From an uncultured virus (IMG/VR IMGVR_UViG_3300036770_004513) (Duplodnaviria; Heunggongvirae; Uroviricota; Caudoviricetes), in IMG/VR virus record IMGVR_UViG_3300036770_004513: DNA of 55,141 nt; one strand, 5' to 3'. Positions 1 through 10,400 of this stretch are shown in pieces; the first letter of the stretch is position 1; every line of letters begins with the position of its first letter. The translations under genes were made by a program, and so were the position numbers. A model generated the notes under the pieces. That model had not been told where the DNA came from. It made no database searches and saw nothing but the letters and a program-made list of their open reading frames with translations.

Positions 1-1658
1 CTGCCATTACCAGCAGCAGTCAAGGAAACATCTAAAGAATAGAATTCTACGTTAAAGGTATTATTTGAAAGGTGTCTAGGTGGAGTGATCCCTACAATGT
101 ATCCAATGTCATCTTTGGGGATAGCCTCTCTTCTAAATCCATCTGCAACGAAAGCCTTGGCGCCAAAATCTGACTTTGAGGCATTAATAGTAACATCACC
201 ACCACTCTCTACGACATACTGCTTTGCAAAACCAATAGCAAAGGTGGAAACCGCCTCGATAAAGGCATCATTGGATAACTTAAGATGATGATGCTCATAA
301 GATGGTTTATAACGGGCTCTACCATCTTTATGGAGATTGACAATAGATGTGGAATCCTTATAAGTGCCGCTGACTGGATCGTATTTAACGAAAGCATTAT
401 CGTCTTTTTGAACACTAACTCCTGTAAATTCAGAGACGACAGAACTCTTAAAGCCTTCTACCAATGCACCGTCAGCGTGATAACCACACATACCATAAAC
501 ACTTCTTAAGGTTAATTTCTTAAGGTATGGTGATGCGGATGTTACGGTATCAACAACAATGTTAAGGGTAGAGCCAACAGTCGAAGGAAGCGGATTCGTT
601 GGAATGATCGTTGACTTATACTGGATCTCTGTTGGGCTATTGACAGCATAAACAACATACTGACCGTCATAACCAGCCAGACCGACTCCATTAATCTGAA
701 TTGGCGTATCAACGCTCAATTCGTTTAGCTGCTCCTCTAGCGTTACGGTGATTGTTGTTGAGGCCACGACACCGTTTCCGGCCCTAATACTGGTGATACC
801 AACCTCTTTACCCCTAGAGCCAACAATTCGGATTTCATCAATGACAGGCTCAAGGTCTAAGGCAACTCCAGTCGAGTAAATGGCATCTTCAATCGAACGA
901 CCCGATGATTCCCCATAGACCTTTGCAACCTTCTCATAATACATTTGAAGGTCGGTTCTGGTTGTGGTTACATTAAGAAAATCATCATTAATTCTTACAT
1001 TGTTGACACCATCAGCATACCGGAAACAAGATAACTTATGGTGTGAGAAATTAGGTGAGAACTTATTGGTAGTGTAATCCTTATAACAAAAACCATTAGG
1101 ATCCGCATCGAAGAAAGTAACTCCTTCAGGAAGTCCAGCGCCAGTTAAACGAAAAATGCAACTGCGTTCGATAGAATCGTTTTCTGGATTAGGAACATAA
1201 AGAGGGCGAATGATTGTTTTTCTTAGATCATACGCAACAATGCTAACACCTCTTGGTAGAATAACACCACCATTAACAGAGTTTAACTTATAAAGCTCGT
1301 TTGCTGGGTCATAGATGTTAAAGTTTGAGGTTAGGGTCCATTCAGATAAAGATGTTGATTGACCGCTCCTAAAAAACATAGACCCGTCATCTTTTACCAA
1401 GATACCGGGTCTATTATCAATGTCGTATTGTGATGGGTGGAGAACAATAGTTGTTCTACCAAATAAGTCGTTATCAAGTCCAGTGCGATAGCTGAAACTT
1501 ACAACCTCAACCAAGGCTCTTTGAAGGTTTTTAAAAGGCCTTGTGATGGAAGAACCACGGTTTTCAATGCTATCCGTTGCATCTAGACTATCACCATTAA
1601 CGTGAATAGTTGTACCCTTTATTGATCTTAAGAAATTCTCTAAACGACTTAGACCCAT
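1..1658 (-). CDS. Large virion structural/tail fibre-like protein, partial (runs off the window's left edge)
   Basis: Not in the ORF track because its stop lies outside the window. ATG at 1658 reads MGLSRLENFLRSIKGTTIHVNGDSLDATDSIENRGSSITRPFKNLQRAL, an N-terminus I recognise from large structural proteins of cyanomyoviruses. A TAAATA late-promoter core lies just upstream (~1685-1690). Confidence 0.75.
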   Translation of the reverse strand, partial: MGLSRLENFLRSIKGTTIHVNGDSLDATDSIENRGSSITRPFKNLQRALVEVVSFSYRTGLDNDLFGRTTIVLHPSQYDIDNRPGILVKDDGSMFFRSGQSTSLSEWTLTSNFNIYDPANELYKLNSVNGGVILPRGVSIVAYDLRKTIIRPLYVPNPENDSIERSCIFRLTGAGLPEGVTFFDADPNGFCYKDYTTNKFSPNFSHHKLSCFRYADGVNNVRINDDFLNVTTTRTDLQMYYEKVAKVYGESSGRSIEDAIYSTGVALDLEPVIDEIRIVGSRGKEVGITSIRAGNGVVASTTITVTLEEQLNELSVDTPIQINGVGLAGYDGQYVVYAVNSPTEIQYKSTIIPTNPLPSTVGSTLNIVVDTVTSASPYLKKLTLRSVYGMCGYHADGALVEGFKSSVVSEFTGVSVQKDDNAFVKYDPVSGTYKDSTSIVNLHKDGRARYKPSYEHHHLKLSNDAFIEAVSTFAIGFAKQYVVESGGDVTINASKSDFGAKAFVADGFRREAIPKDDIGYIVGITPPRHLSNNTFNVEFYSLDVSLTAAGNG

Positions 1659-1693
1659 TGGTAATAAAACACTTTCTGTTTTATTATTTAGGT

Positions 1694-2059
1694 TTAGTCA
1701 GTTGGTAGTAATTCAGGTTTGTCTATCTTAAGATCGAATAAAAGTGGATGGGCTTCTTCAGCAGACAAGTAATAAGAACCACGAAACAAATCATCAGGGG
1801 TAATCTTTCTTTTTTGGTTTGCCTGCCTATAAACATCTGGATTATCAGCCTCAATTCTGGTCAAATAATCAAAGGCATAAGGGATGTTATTAATTTTAAA
1901 AACCTTTATTATTTGTGATTGAGTGTTCGGCTGGACGTACCATCTGTACTCTAAAGAAAGATTGTAGGTCATTTCATTGTTAGGAGATATGAACCGATGC
2001 AGACGATAAAAAAGGCGAGAAATAAATCTACGAGTATTCTGGTCATCATAGGTAAACAA
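1694..2059 (-). CDS. Hypothetical protein
   Basis: 121-aa ORF in tandem with its neighbours; no recognisable motif; start uncertain. Confidence 0.5.
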   Translation of the reverse strand: MFTYDDQNTRRFISRLFYRLHRFISPNNEMTYNLSLEYRWYVQPNTQSQIIKVFKINNIPYAFDYLTRIEADNPDVYRQANQKRKITPDDLFRGSYYLSAEEAHPLLFDLKIDKPELLPTD

Positions 2060-2099
2060 TCTTATTTATGAGAGCAAAATGATCATAAACAGATAAGAC

Positions 2100-2270
2100 C
2101 TAAACAACATCTTCAGAGTTACTTTCGTAAGTCGGAGGATTAAGGCGGCAGTATTCATTAAAGACGATCTTACATTCTTTGTTTGTAAGGTTACAATTAG
2201 CCGCTGCCTTAGGGAGGTTCCATTTAGCACTGAATAACATCTCCATTGATTGTCGTGTTTCTGGTCTCAT
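2100..2270 (-). CDS. Small conserved cyanophage hypothetical protein (56 aa)
   Basis: Read by hand: MRPETRQSMEMLFSAKWNLPKAAANCNLTNKECKIVFNEYCRLNPP...; start overlaps the upstream ORF's stop. Confidence 0.65.
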   Translation of the reverse strand: MRPETRQSMEMLFSAKWNLPKAAANCNLTNKECKIVFNEYCRLNPPTYESNSEDVV

Positions 2271-2476
2271 TTTCCACAAAGGTTCCAGATCGTTTGAATT
2301 GTGAAGTAATAATCAGCTGTTCCTGGTTGTGAGTGAGGCTCTTCTAAAGGTGAATTGTATAGAAAAGATGAGATCACAGAGGCCCTGGCTTCCCAGTCCT
2401 CAAGCCCCTCATCAATGCGGGCCTGGTATTCGGTTTGGATTTGTGATTTTGAGATTTTTGGGTCCATAGCTTCCAT
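2267..2476 (-). CDS. Hypothetical protein
   Basis: 69-aa ORF directly downstream of a TATAGT -10 element. Confidence 0.55.
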   Translation of the reverse strand: MEAMDPKISKSQIQTEYQARIDEGLEDWEARASVISSFLYNSPLEEPHSQPGTADYYFTIQTIWNLCGK

Positions 2477-2539
2477 TTGCGAAGTTATGGGTACTATACC
2501 ACGTTATAAGCAGATTTTATCAAAGCCGCTGCCACTTCA

Positions 2540-2704
2540 TTAAGTGGTCCACCCTTTGATCTGGGCCAGTTTGGCGCTGGCGAGGCTTTCTACCATTGTC
2601 CAGTATGCCTCACCACTGATCGGAAAATGATCTGTGCAAAATTGAGAGGCTACATCCTCTTGTAATTCCATTAATTCTTGACTTGTCTGTTTTGAAACTT
2701 TCAT
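2540..2704 (-). CDS. Small conserved cyanophage hypothetical protein (54 aa)
   Basis: Read by hand: MKVSKQTSQELMELQEDVASQFCTDHFPISGEAYWTMVESLASAKLAQIKGWTT; TAATG overlap with the upstream fibre gene. Confidence 0.65.
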   Translation of the reverse strand: MKVSKQTSQELMELQEDVASQFCTDHFPISGEAYWTMVESLASAKLAQIKGWTT

Positions 2705-5700
2705 TATGGTACCAACACAGTGCTTAGGTTACCGGCATCATCAACAATAAGTCGATACTTTGTGCCGTTTGGAGAGGTTAGAATGACTCCCTGACTCGTA
2801 TTTATACCGACCCTGGCATCCCCTATAACGTGTAGATTTGATGTGGGTGTAGTTGTTCCGATACCAACGTTACCATCGTTCTTAACAATTAATCGAGTTG
2901 TAGCATCTGTGGTGGCCCCGATTGATGCAAATGTACCGGAAACAGGATTAGAATAAGTTTCAACAACGATTTCAGAAGCAAACAATCTAATTCGGTCGTT
3001 GTTATTGGTAACAGCATCATTACCTTTAAAGATTAAGAGTTCGGAATTTTCAGATCCAGAATAAATTCTTTCCCCAATGTAAGTATGATTATAATTCGAA
3101 AAATTAGTTCCGGGCTGATTCCCACCAGGATTTATTGTGCCATCACCATAAGTACCGTGGAATGCAATGTAATTTTCAATTGTAGAAAGACCGACTCTTA
3201 AATTTCCTCCAAGTTGAAGAGCCTCCCCGATAACGGTAGTACCAATACCAACAAAACCAGTTGTAAAAATACCAGAGGAATTAGTACCCCAACTATTACC
3301 AATAAAATACTCAGCCGTAACTCCTGTTAACTTAGATCCATCACCATAATAAGTGACAATACCAGTAGATGCTGTTACAATACCATTAGATACCCTAACG
3401 CTTCCTAAAGTAGAAATACCAGAAACCGAAAGAGAATTAATGCTACCGATACCACCAATAACATTAGTTGCAACACCAGCAACTTTAGCGTATTCTGCAG
3501 AGTTTAACGTTACGCCAGAAGCAATAGAACCTTTAAAAATCCCGTAATACTCTGTTGCGGTTACAATGCCTACTTGTAAATTAGGGTTTCCTGTTAATCC
3601 GAATGCGAGGGTAGAGATACCAGAATTCGTAGAATAACCCGCAACATTAGCATAACCAGATGTAGTAGAAATTCCAGAGATAGTTGAAAAACCGGATACT
3701 GTTGAATAGCCAGCTTTAATTGCATAAGTCGCAATACCTGAAATTGTAGAATAGCCAGCAACTTTAGCGTATTCTGCAGATGATAAAGTAACACCAGCAT
3801 CAATCGTGCCTTTAAAGGTTCCATAATACTCGTTGGCATTTACAACATTAACAGTTATACTGGGCGTCCCGGTTAATCCAAATGCAACAGTTGAAACACC
3901 AGAAGATGATGCATACCCAGCAACATTAGCATAACCGGAAGTAGTAGAGAATCCAGAAATCGTAGAGAATCCTGATACTGTTGAAAAACCAGAAATAGTG
4001 GAGAAACCAGCAACGGTAGAATATCCAGCTACTTTTGCATAATCTGCATTGGCTAATGTTACTCCAGTATCAATCGTACCTTTAAATGTACCATAATATT
4101 CAGACGCTGTTACAATACCTACTTGTAAATTGGGATTTCCTGTTAATCCGAATGCGACAGTAGAAACCCCAGAGGATGATGCGTATCCTGCAACATTAGC
4201 ATAACCAGAAGTAGTAGAAAAGCCAGAGATCGTAGAGAATCCAGAAACAGTGGAAAATCCAGAGACCGTAGAGAAACCAGCAACAGTAGAATAACCAGCC
4301 TTAGCCGCATAAGTTGCAATACCTGAATTGGTGGAATAGCCAGCTACTTTTGCATAATCAGCATTAGCAAGTGTTACTCCAGTATCAATCGTACCTTTAA
4401 ACGTACCATAATATTCAAACGCTGTTACAACATTAACAGAAATGCTAGGTGTACCTGTTAATCCTAAAGCAACAGTTGAAACACCAGAATTTGTAGAATA
4501 GCCAGAGATTATAGAATAACCCGATGTAGTTGAAAATCCTGATACCGTAGAGTAACCGGAAATTGTGGAATACCCAGAGCTAGTAGAAAAGCCAGAGATT
4601 GTAGAGAAACCAGATACTGTTGAAAAACCAGAAACAGTAGAGAAACCAGCAACAGTAGAATAACCAGCTTTAACGGCATAGGTTGCAATGCCGGAATTTG
4701 TGGAATATCCAGCTACTTTGGCATAATCTGCATTAGCAAGAGAAACACCTGAGTCAATAGTACCTTTAAATGTACCATAATACTCGTTTGCGGTTACGAC
4801 ATTAACAGTTATACTAGGAGTGCCTGTTAATCCTAAAGCAACAGTAGAGATACCTGAAGATGTTGAATACCCAGCAACATTAGCATAACCAGAGAATGTA
4901 GAGAATCCAGAATTGGTTGAATAACCCGCGATAATAGCATAACCTGATGTGGTTGAGAAGCCAGATACAGTCGAGTATCCAGAAACAGTTGCATAACCTG
5001 ATGTAGTTGAAAAACCTGAAATCGTAGAGAAACCAGCCTTAACGGCATAGGTTGCAATGCCGGAATTTGTGGAGTATCCAGCAATCTTTGCATACTCTGC
5101 ATTAGTTAATGTAACCCCTGCAGCAATGTCCCCTTTAAAAGTTCCATAATACTCTAGTGCAGTTACAATACCAACTTCTAAATTAGGGTTTCCAGTTAAA
5201 CCTAAGGCGACAGTAGAGATACCTGAAGATGTTGCATACCCAGCAACATTAGCATAACCGGAAGTAGTAGAGAATCCAGAAATCGTAGAAAAACCGGATA
5301 CAGTAGAGAATCCCGCTACTGTCGAGAATCCAGAAATTGTAGAGAAACCGGAAACAGTTGAAAAACCAGATACTGTGGAGTATCCAGAAATTGTTGCATA
5401 ACCAGACGTAGTAGAGAAACCAGAAATTGTTGAAAATCCAGCAACAGTTGAGAACCCTGATACAGTAGAAAATCCTGATACAGTAGAATACCCCGCTACT
5501 TTCGCGTATTCTGCAACAGAAATAGTAACTCCAGTATCAAGAATTCCCTTAAACGTACCATAATACTCGTTGGCATTTACAACATTAACAGTTATACTAG
5601 GTGTGCCTGTTAAACCCAAGGCAACAGTAGAGATGCCAGAGGATGATGCGTATCCTGCAACATTAGCATAACCAGAGGTAGTAGAGAAGCCAGAGATCGT

Positions 5701-6990
5701 AGAGAATCCTGATGTTGTAGAGTATCCAGCAATAGTTGCATAACCGGATGTAGTTGAGAACCCAGAAGTAGTAGAGAAACCAGAGATCGTAGAGAATCCT
5801 GATACCGTAGAATACCCCGCTACTTTCGCAAAATTAGCATTCTCTACAGATGTTACTTCTACTACGGTTGCACTTGTTACAATACCAGCAGAATTTATAC
5901 CTAATACCGGAATAAATGTTGCAGATCCATAAACACCAGAAACTAATCCAACCCTAGGCTTCAGCGATAAATCAATAGCAATGTCCGCAGTACCATCAAA
6001 TAATTTCCCTGTTGAATTAAAGTCAGGCCCAACAACATTAATCGTACGTGGTGTCTGTAATTTACCAGCAGTAGTTGCAAATGAGGCAGTTCCAATAAAC
6101 TGAGAGGCTGTTACTACACCAGTAAAATACGCATTTTGTGCAGTGATAAAGCCAAGAGTTGAAATACCATTGACCTTTAATTGAGTAACTGAGGCAATAC
6201 CACCAATAACATTGGTTGCGGTATCTGCTTTACTTACAACTTGTAAAACGATGCCATCAAAAAAGCCTGCAGTAATAATCCCACTAACATAGGCATTTTG
6301 TGCTGTTACAAACCCAAGTGTTGTTATACCCGAAACCGTAAGAGAAGTAAGACTACCAATACCGCCAATAACATTGGTTGCAGTATCTGCATTACCTTGA
6401 AAATTTCCATAAAAATTGGTTGCAGTTACATCACCAGTAAAAAATCCATCCCCAAATACCGTTAATTCTTGTGATGGATTAGTAGTTCCAATACCGATCT
6501 TACCATCAACATAATAAAAATCACTCGCACCAATGGCATAACCGCTACTGGTATTATAAATGATCTGATTGACTTCACCTTGATTTGGTAGATCATTAAT
6601 TTCAATCTGGATTGTTGCAATACCCGCCCCAGGAAATGGACCTTCAATTGTTGGGGAATAAACAGTAACACCACTACCAACAAAGTTTAATCCGTGGATT
6701 GCAGCAAAGTTTTCAGTAATAAGAACGTTCTCATTATAAACACTGATCGTACCAACAGTAGTACCAACACCAGCAAGAGTTGACCAGTAGCGTTCACCTG
6801 GGTAATTATCAACAGCAAGTAGTTGATAAGCCAATCCTGCCTTAATTGGGTTAGCCCCAACTGATGATGGTCCTACTTTAGGATCCCCTAAATTAGGTTC
6901 TGCTTGCTCAAGTCCTAAGAATTGATAGCGATCAGATGTTATTTCCGTTTGAGGGGTTTTCTTTACTCTTCCTGAAACGTATCTTGCCAT
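2704..6990 (-). CDS. Long tail fibre/adhesin-like protein with nested repeats (1428 aa)
   Basis: G/S/T-rich; GxIGIGTTxP fibre motifs; seven GLTG..EYYGxFKG units separated by runs of (S/A)G(F/Y)ST(V/I/T) hexapeptides; C-terminal ILTSPNGTKYRLIVDDAGNLST fibre-tip motif. Confidence 0.8.
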   Translation of the reverse strand: MARYVSGRVKKTPQTEITSDRYQFLGLEQAEPNLGDPKVGPSSVGANPIKAGLAYQLLAVDNYPGERYWSTLAGVGTTVGTISVYNENVLITENFAAIHGLNFVGSGVTVYSPTIEGPFPGAGIATIQIEINDLPNQGEVNQIIYNTSSGYAIGASDFYYVDGKIGIGTTNPSQELTVFGDGFFTGDVTATNFYGNFQGNADTATNVIGGIGSLTSLTVSGITTLGFVTAQNAYVSGIITAGFFDGIVLQVVSKADTATNVIGGIASVTQLKVNGISTLGFITAQNAYFTGVVTASQFIGTASFATTAGKLQTPRTINVVGPDFNSTGKLFDGTADIAIDLSLKPRVGLVSGVYGSATFIPVLGINSAGIVTSATVVEVTSVENANFAKVAGYSTVSGFSTISGFSTTSGFSTTSGYATIAGYSTTSGFSTISGFSTTSGYANVAGYASSSGISTVALGLTGTPSITVNVVNANEYYGTFKGILDTGVTISVAEYAKVAGYSTVSGFSTVSGFSTVAGFSTISGFSTTSGYATISGYSTVSGFSTVSGFSTISGFSTVAGFSTVSGFSTISGFSTTSGYANVAGYATSSGISTVALGLTGNPNLEVGIVTALEYYGTFKGDIAAGVTLTNAEYAKIAGYSTNSGIATYAVKAGFSTISGFSTTSGYATVSGYSTVSGFSTTSGYAIIAGYSTNSGFSTFSGYANVAGYSTSSGISTVALGLTGTPSITVNVVTANEYYGTFKGTIDSGVSLANADYAKVAGYSTNSGIATYAVKAGYSTVAGFSTVSGFSTVSGFSTISGFSTSSGYSTISGYSTVSGFSTTSGYSIISGYSTNSGVSTVALGLTGTPSISVNVVTAFEYYGTFKGTIDTGVTLANADYAKVAGYSTNSGIATYAAKAGYSTVAGFSTVSGFSTVSGFSTISGFSTTSGYANVAGYASSSGVSTVAFGLTGNPNLQVGIVTASEYYGTFKGTIDTGVTLANADYAKVAGYSTVAGFSTISGFSTVSGFSTISGFSTTSGYANVAGYASSSGVSTVAFGLTGTPSITVNVVNANEYYGTFKGTIDAGVTLSSAEYAKVAGYSTISGIATYAIKAGYSTVSGFSTISGISTTSGYANVAGYSTNSGISTLAFGLTGNPNLQVGIVTATEYYGIFKGSIASGVTLNSAEYAKVAGVATNVIGGIGSINSLSVSGISTLGSVRVSNGIVTASTGIVTYYGDGSKLTGVTAEYFIGNSWGTNSSGIFTTGFVGIGTTVIGEALQLGGNLRVGLSTIENYIAFHGTYGDGTINPGGNQPGTNFSNYNHTYIGERIYSGSENSELLIFKGNDAVTNNNDRIRLFASEIVVETYSNPVSGTFASIGATTDATTRLIVKNDGNVGIGTTTPTSNLHVIGDARVGINTSQGVILTSPNGTKYRLIVDDAGNLSTVLVP
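3480..5830 (-). repeat. Nested coding repeat array: 18-nt (hexapeptide) units inside seven longer units
   Basis: Visible in protein (SGFSTV/SGFSTI/AGYSTV) and in DNA (recurring gcaacattagcataacc and gtagagaa.cc). Boundaries approximate. Confidence 0.85.
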
Positions 6991-7400
6991 TATTGCTTAG
7001 CAGTCTCCAATACACTAAGTAGAAGGTCTAATTTTTCCTCAGAATTTGCACTCATTTTGATTGTATCACCACCATTCCTATTAGTGGTCGATCGTCTAGC
7101 ATCATTTTCCAAAACAAGACGACCATCAGGAATTAGATTGACTGCATCATTAACTGGAACCTCAACAGATTTACCAATGGTTCTTTCAATCAATGAAACA
7201 CCCAATCCAGTTTGTCCTGTTGGCCTTTCGAATGTTGCAGTTACAGTATAAGTTCCAGCAGATGATCCAACAGATACATTAGAAACGTGCATCAAAAGAA
7301 CATAGGCCGAAACGCCAATAGGACAGGTATAAATCCCAACGTGAGAAGTTGTTAGACCAACAGCAATTGTTCTTGGGGTGTTTAATGCAATCTTTGCCAT
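6990..7400 (-). CDS. Hypothetical virion-associated protein
   Basis: 136 aa, translationally coupled between two fibre genes; beta-rich character. Confidence 0.6.
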   Translation of the reverse strand: MAKIALNTPRTIAVGLTTSHVGIYTCPIGVSAYVLLMHVSNVSVGSSAGTYTVTATFERPTGQTGLGVSLIERTIGKSVEVPVNDAVNLIPDGRLVLENDARRSTTNRNGGDTIKMSANSEEKLDLLLSVLETAKQ

Positions 7401-7401
7401 C

Positions 7402-10400
7402 TTAATTCGCTAGTGCAATAATAACTGGGGTTACAGTATTTAACAGACTTTGGTTGAAGGCTCTACCCGTGATGGTTCCGGTTAATTGGTTAATGGTAAA
7501 GTCATCACCAATTTTGAAATTACCAGCCTGATCTGTTGAGGTATAAACAACTTGCCCACCATTAATTCTTACAACTTCGTTTTCTTGAATAGCAACACCA
7601 CCAAGTCCAGGCTTTGCCTTAAAAATATCATTGCCGGCCCCAACCCATTCAAAAGAATGAGATGATGCAATCTGCAAACTTAATCTAGAGAAGTAAACGG
7701 TTGTTCCAGCACCGATGGTATTATTAAGATTCGTTGTCAGGGTCATTGTTGATACCCCAGCAGACGGTAAGGTTGCTGATTCGATGTTATAATAAACAGG
7801 TTCCATAATAGCAACAGCCGTCGCATTACTTCCACCGCCAGTAAAGGAAATGCTAATTCCAGCATCAACCTGGGCCTGGGTAAATTGTGAACCAGAGCTG
7901 ATTAAATCAATAGCAGTTACAACCCCATTATCAATGGTTGCCAGGGCCTCTGCTGGTGTTCCATTAGGTCCATCAGGTGTTTCGATAATAATACCTGTTG
8001 AACCGGAATACCCGCTGCCACCATTGGTTATGAGGATGTTCTGGATGGTGTAGAATAAATCACCAAAATAAATCGCCTGACCATCATAAGGCCTGTTGCT
8101 ACCGATACCAGAAACCACTACAATGTCCTGATCGACCTCTGCAGTTCCAACAACTTCTCCGGTGTAGCGATAAATCGAACGAGTTGTTTTATCACCAACA
8201 CCCTCAGCAACAAGACCTAATCTACCAAACGATGAGTTAGAGTTTGTAATGTCACACTGCCCGCCGCTGCCCGTATAAATGGCAATGTCATCGCAGATTG
8301 TAAAGATAGAAACCAGCTGGCAATAAGATCCATTAGTGATAGAAACACCAATACCACCTTGATTGTATTGAGTGTAACTATCAACAGACATTGCACCTGT
8401 CACACCAATGTCTTCTGCATCACCTGGCTCTGCTGCAAATCCATCAACTTTCATTCCGATGCTATTACCGACAAAGTTTGTAGTATTTCTTACATAAGGA
8501 CCTTGAACAATGTTACCCACACCTTTAGAATAAGGGGGTCTTACAATACCACCGGAAACATAATTATGTTGAACAGTTGAGGGACCAACAAAAGCAGAGA
8601 ATGTAGTACCAACACCAATAACACTTGTTACTCTAAAGTCATAGCCTAGATTACCACTGGGGAACTGTAATACTGTATTAGGATCTGTTGGGCAAGTAAA
8701 ACCTAGACCAGATAAGGTAACCAAATCACCAACTCTGACATAGGCCCCAGGTGCAGTGATTGTTACAATACCAGAGACATTATCATAAACAGCATTGGTT
8801 ACAGATTTAGCCCTATCCACAACATAACCACCACCAACATAATTATGAGGAAGTGTTGAAACGCCAACATTCAGGACAAAAGTATTATCTTGATTAACCT
8901 TATCGACATAGAACTCAAATCCATACTTACCTGATGGGAATTTTTGAGTGCTTATTCCAGAACCATTAGATGAACAAGAGAAGTTTAAGTCTCTTATTTC
9001 TACCCTATCACCTTTTCTTACAACATAACCTGGAGCAGCAATAGTTACTTTACCATTTTCATTATTGTAAACTGCACTGGTAATACCAACAACACTTTCG
9101 AATCCTCTACCAGAATTACCAGGGAAATTTGTATTAAATCCTACAATAGAGAATGCATCTGGACCATAATTCACGATGTTTGTTACGACTCCAACACAAG
9201 AATAAAGAGCGGAGATAACATTCTGGCAGGAATTGATGTCAATGTTTGAATTGGTTATAGGATCATTCTGAATACTAAGATCCCTTACTTGTGTATAATT
9301 AGACTGGAAATTGCCATTCCATTGGACATTATTGACAACCGATTTAGCAATTCCTGCTGAGTAGATAAAGGCATCAATCGTTTCTGTTTTTACCCCTACA
9401 ATGTGTTGAAGAGAGGTGCCATTATAATAAGAAAGACCAGCACCAACGCATTTAGAATTACCACCACGGGTTATGTCGTGGCATACAGCTTTCCAGACGG
9501 ATTTAATGTCATTCGCACATTTGGTTGTTGATGTTACTCCTAGATTGAATGGTGGATTTCGATAAGTTGTACTGGTTAGATAACCCAAAGTCTCATTGGC
9601 AATAAAGTCTAGATTAAGACGAATCAATCTAGCAGCATCAAAGTATCTGTCGTCGTGAACACCTTGCAAAGGTTGAAATGCAACCATTGCTGCACCATTG
9701 GTTACATTGGGTCCAATAAAACTTGAATCTGTAATGTGGCAGCCATTGTTAAGATGGAAAAAGTCTCGATCCAGATACCTTGGTGTTAGAGTAGCATTTC
9801 TTAATTCGGTTCCTTCAATTGATACTGTTGGGGCAAGAATGATGGGGTTTTCTTCAACATAAGAACCAGGAAATAATTTGATCGTATCGCCGGGTAATGC
9901 TGCAGATGCGGCTGATTTAACGGTCCTTTTAGGGTGGTTTTCTGCTAAACCTGTATTATCATCATTCCCATTCATTGAAACATAAATTGTTCGTCCGACT
10001 GGCTTATAGGCATCAATAGTAACAACACCCTTTCCTGGGGTTTGTGTTGATTGGATGTTAATACCAATACTAGGAACAATCTGGGTAACAATACCAAGAA
10101 TGTTTTCACCTTGACCATAAAAATTACTTTCTGTTGTAATGTCTCCTTCAACCTGCAAATCTTTCTTAATGCCGACACCACCTTTAACCTGAAGAGCGCC
10201 GGTATCTGGATCTGTGCTTTCTTGCGTGTTTTGGAGGATAGTGATTCCGTCAACATCAAGGGTAGAATTTAATGTTGTAGCACCATCTACATCTAATGAA
10301 TTATTAAGCGTTGTAATGCCGTCAACATCTAGAGACGAATTTAAAGTAGTTGCTCCATCAACATCTAATGAATTATTAAGCGTTGTAATGCCGTCAACAT

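Noticed and set aside
85..509. Short ORFs 85-288, 209-415 and 285-509
   Set aside because: They are shadows of the long minus-strand structural gene that starts at 1658 and runs off the window.
3480..5830. Ice-nucleation protein (AGYGST-like repeats)
   Set aside because: The period is 6 aa rather than 8/16, the TxT motif is not regular, and the flanking domains are phage fibre-like. The resemblance looks superficial.
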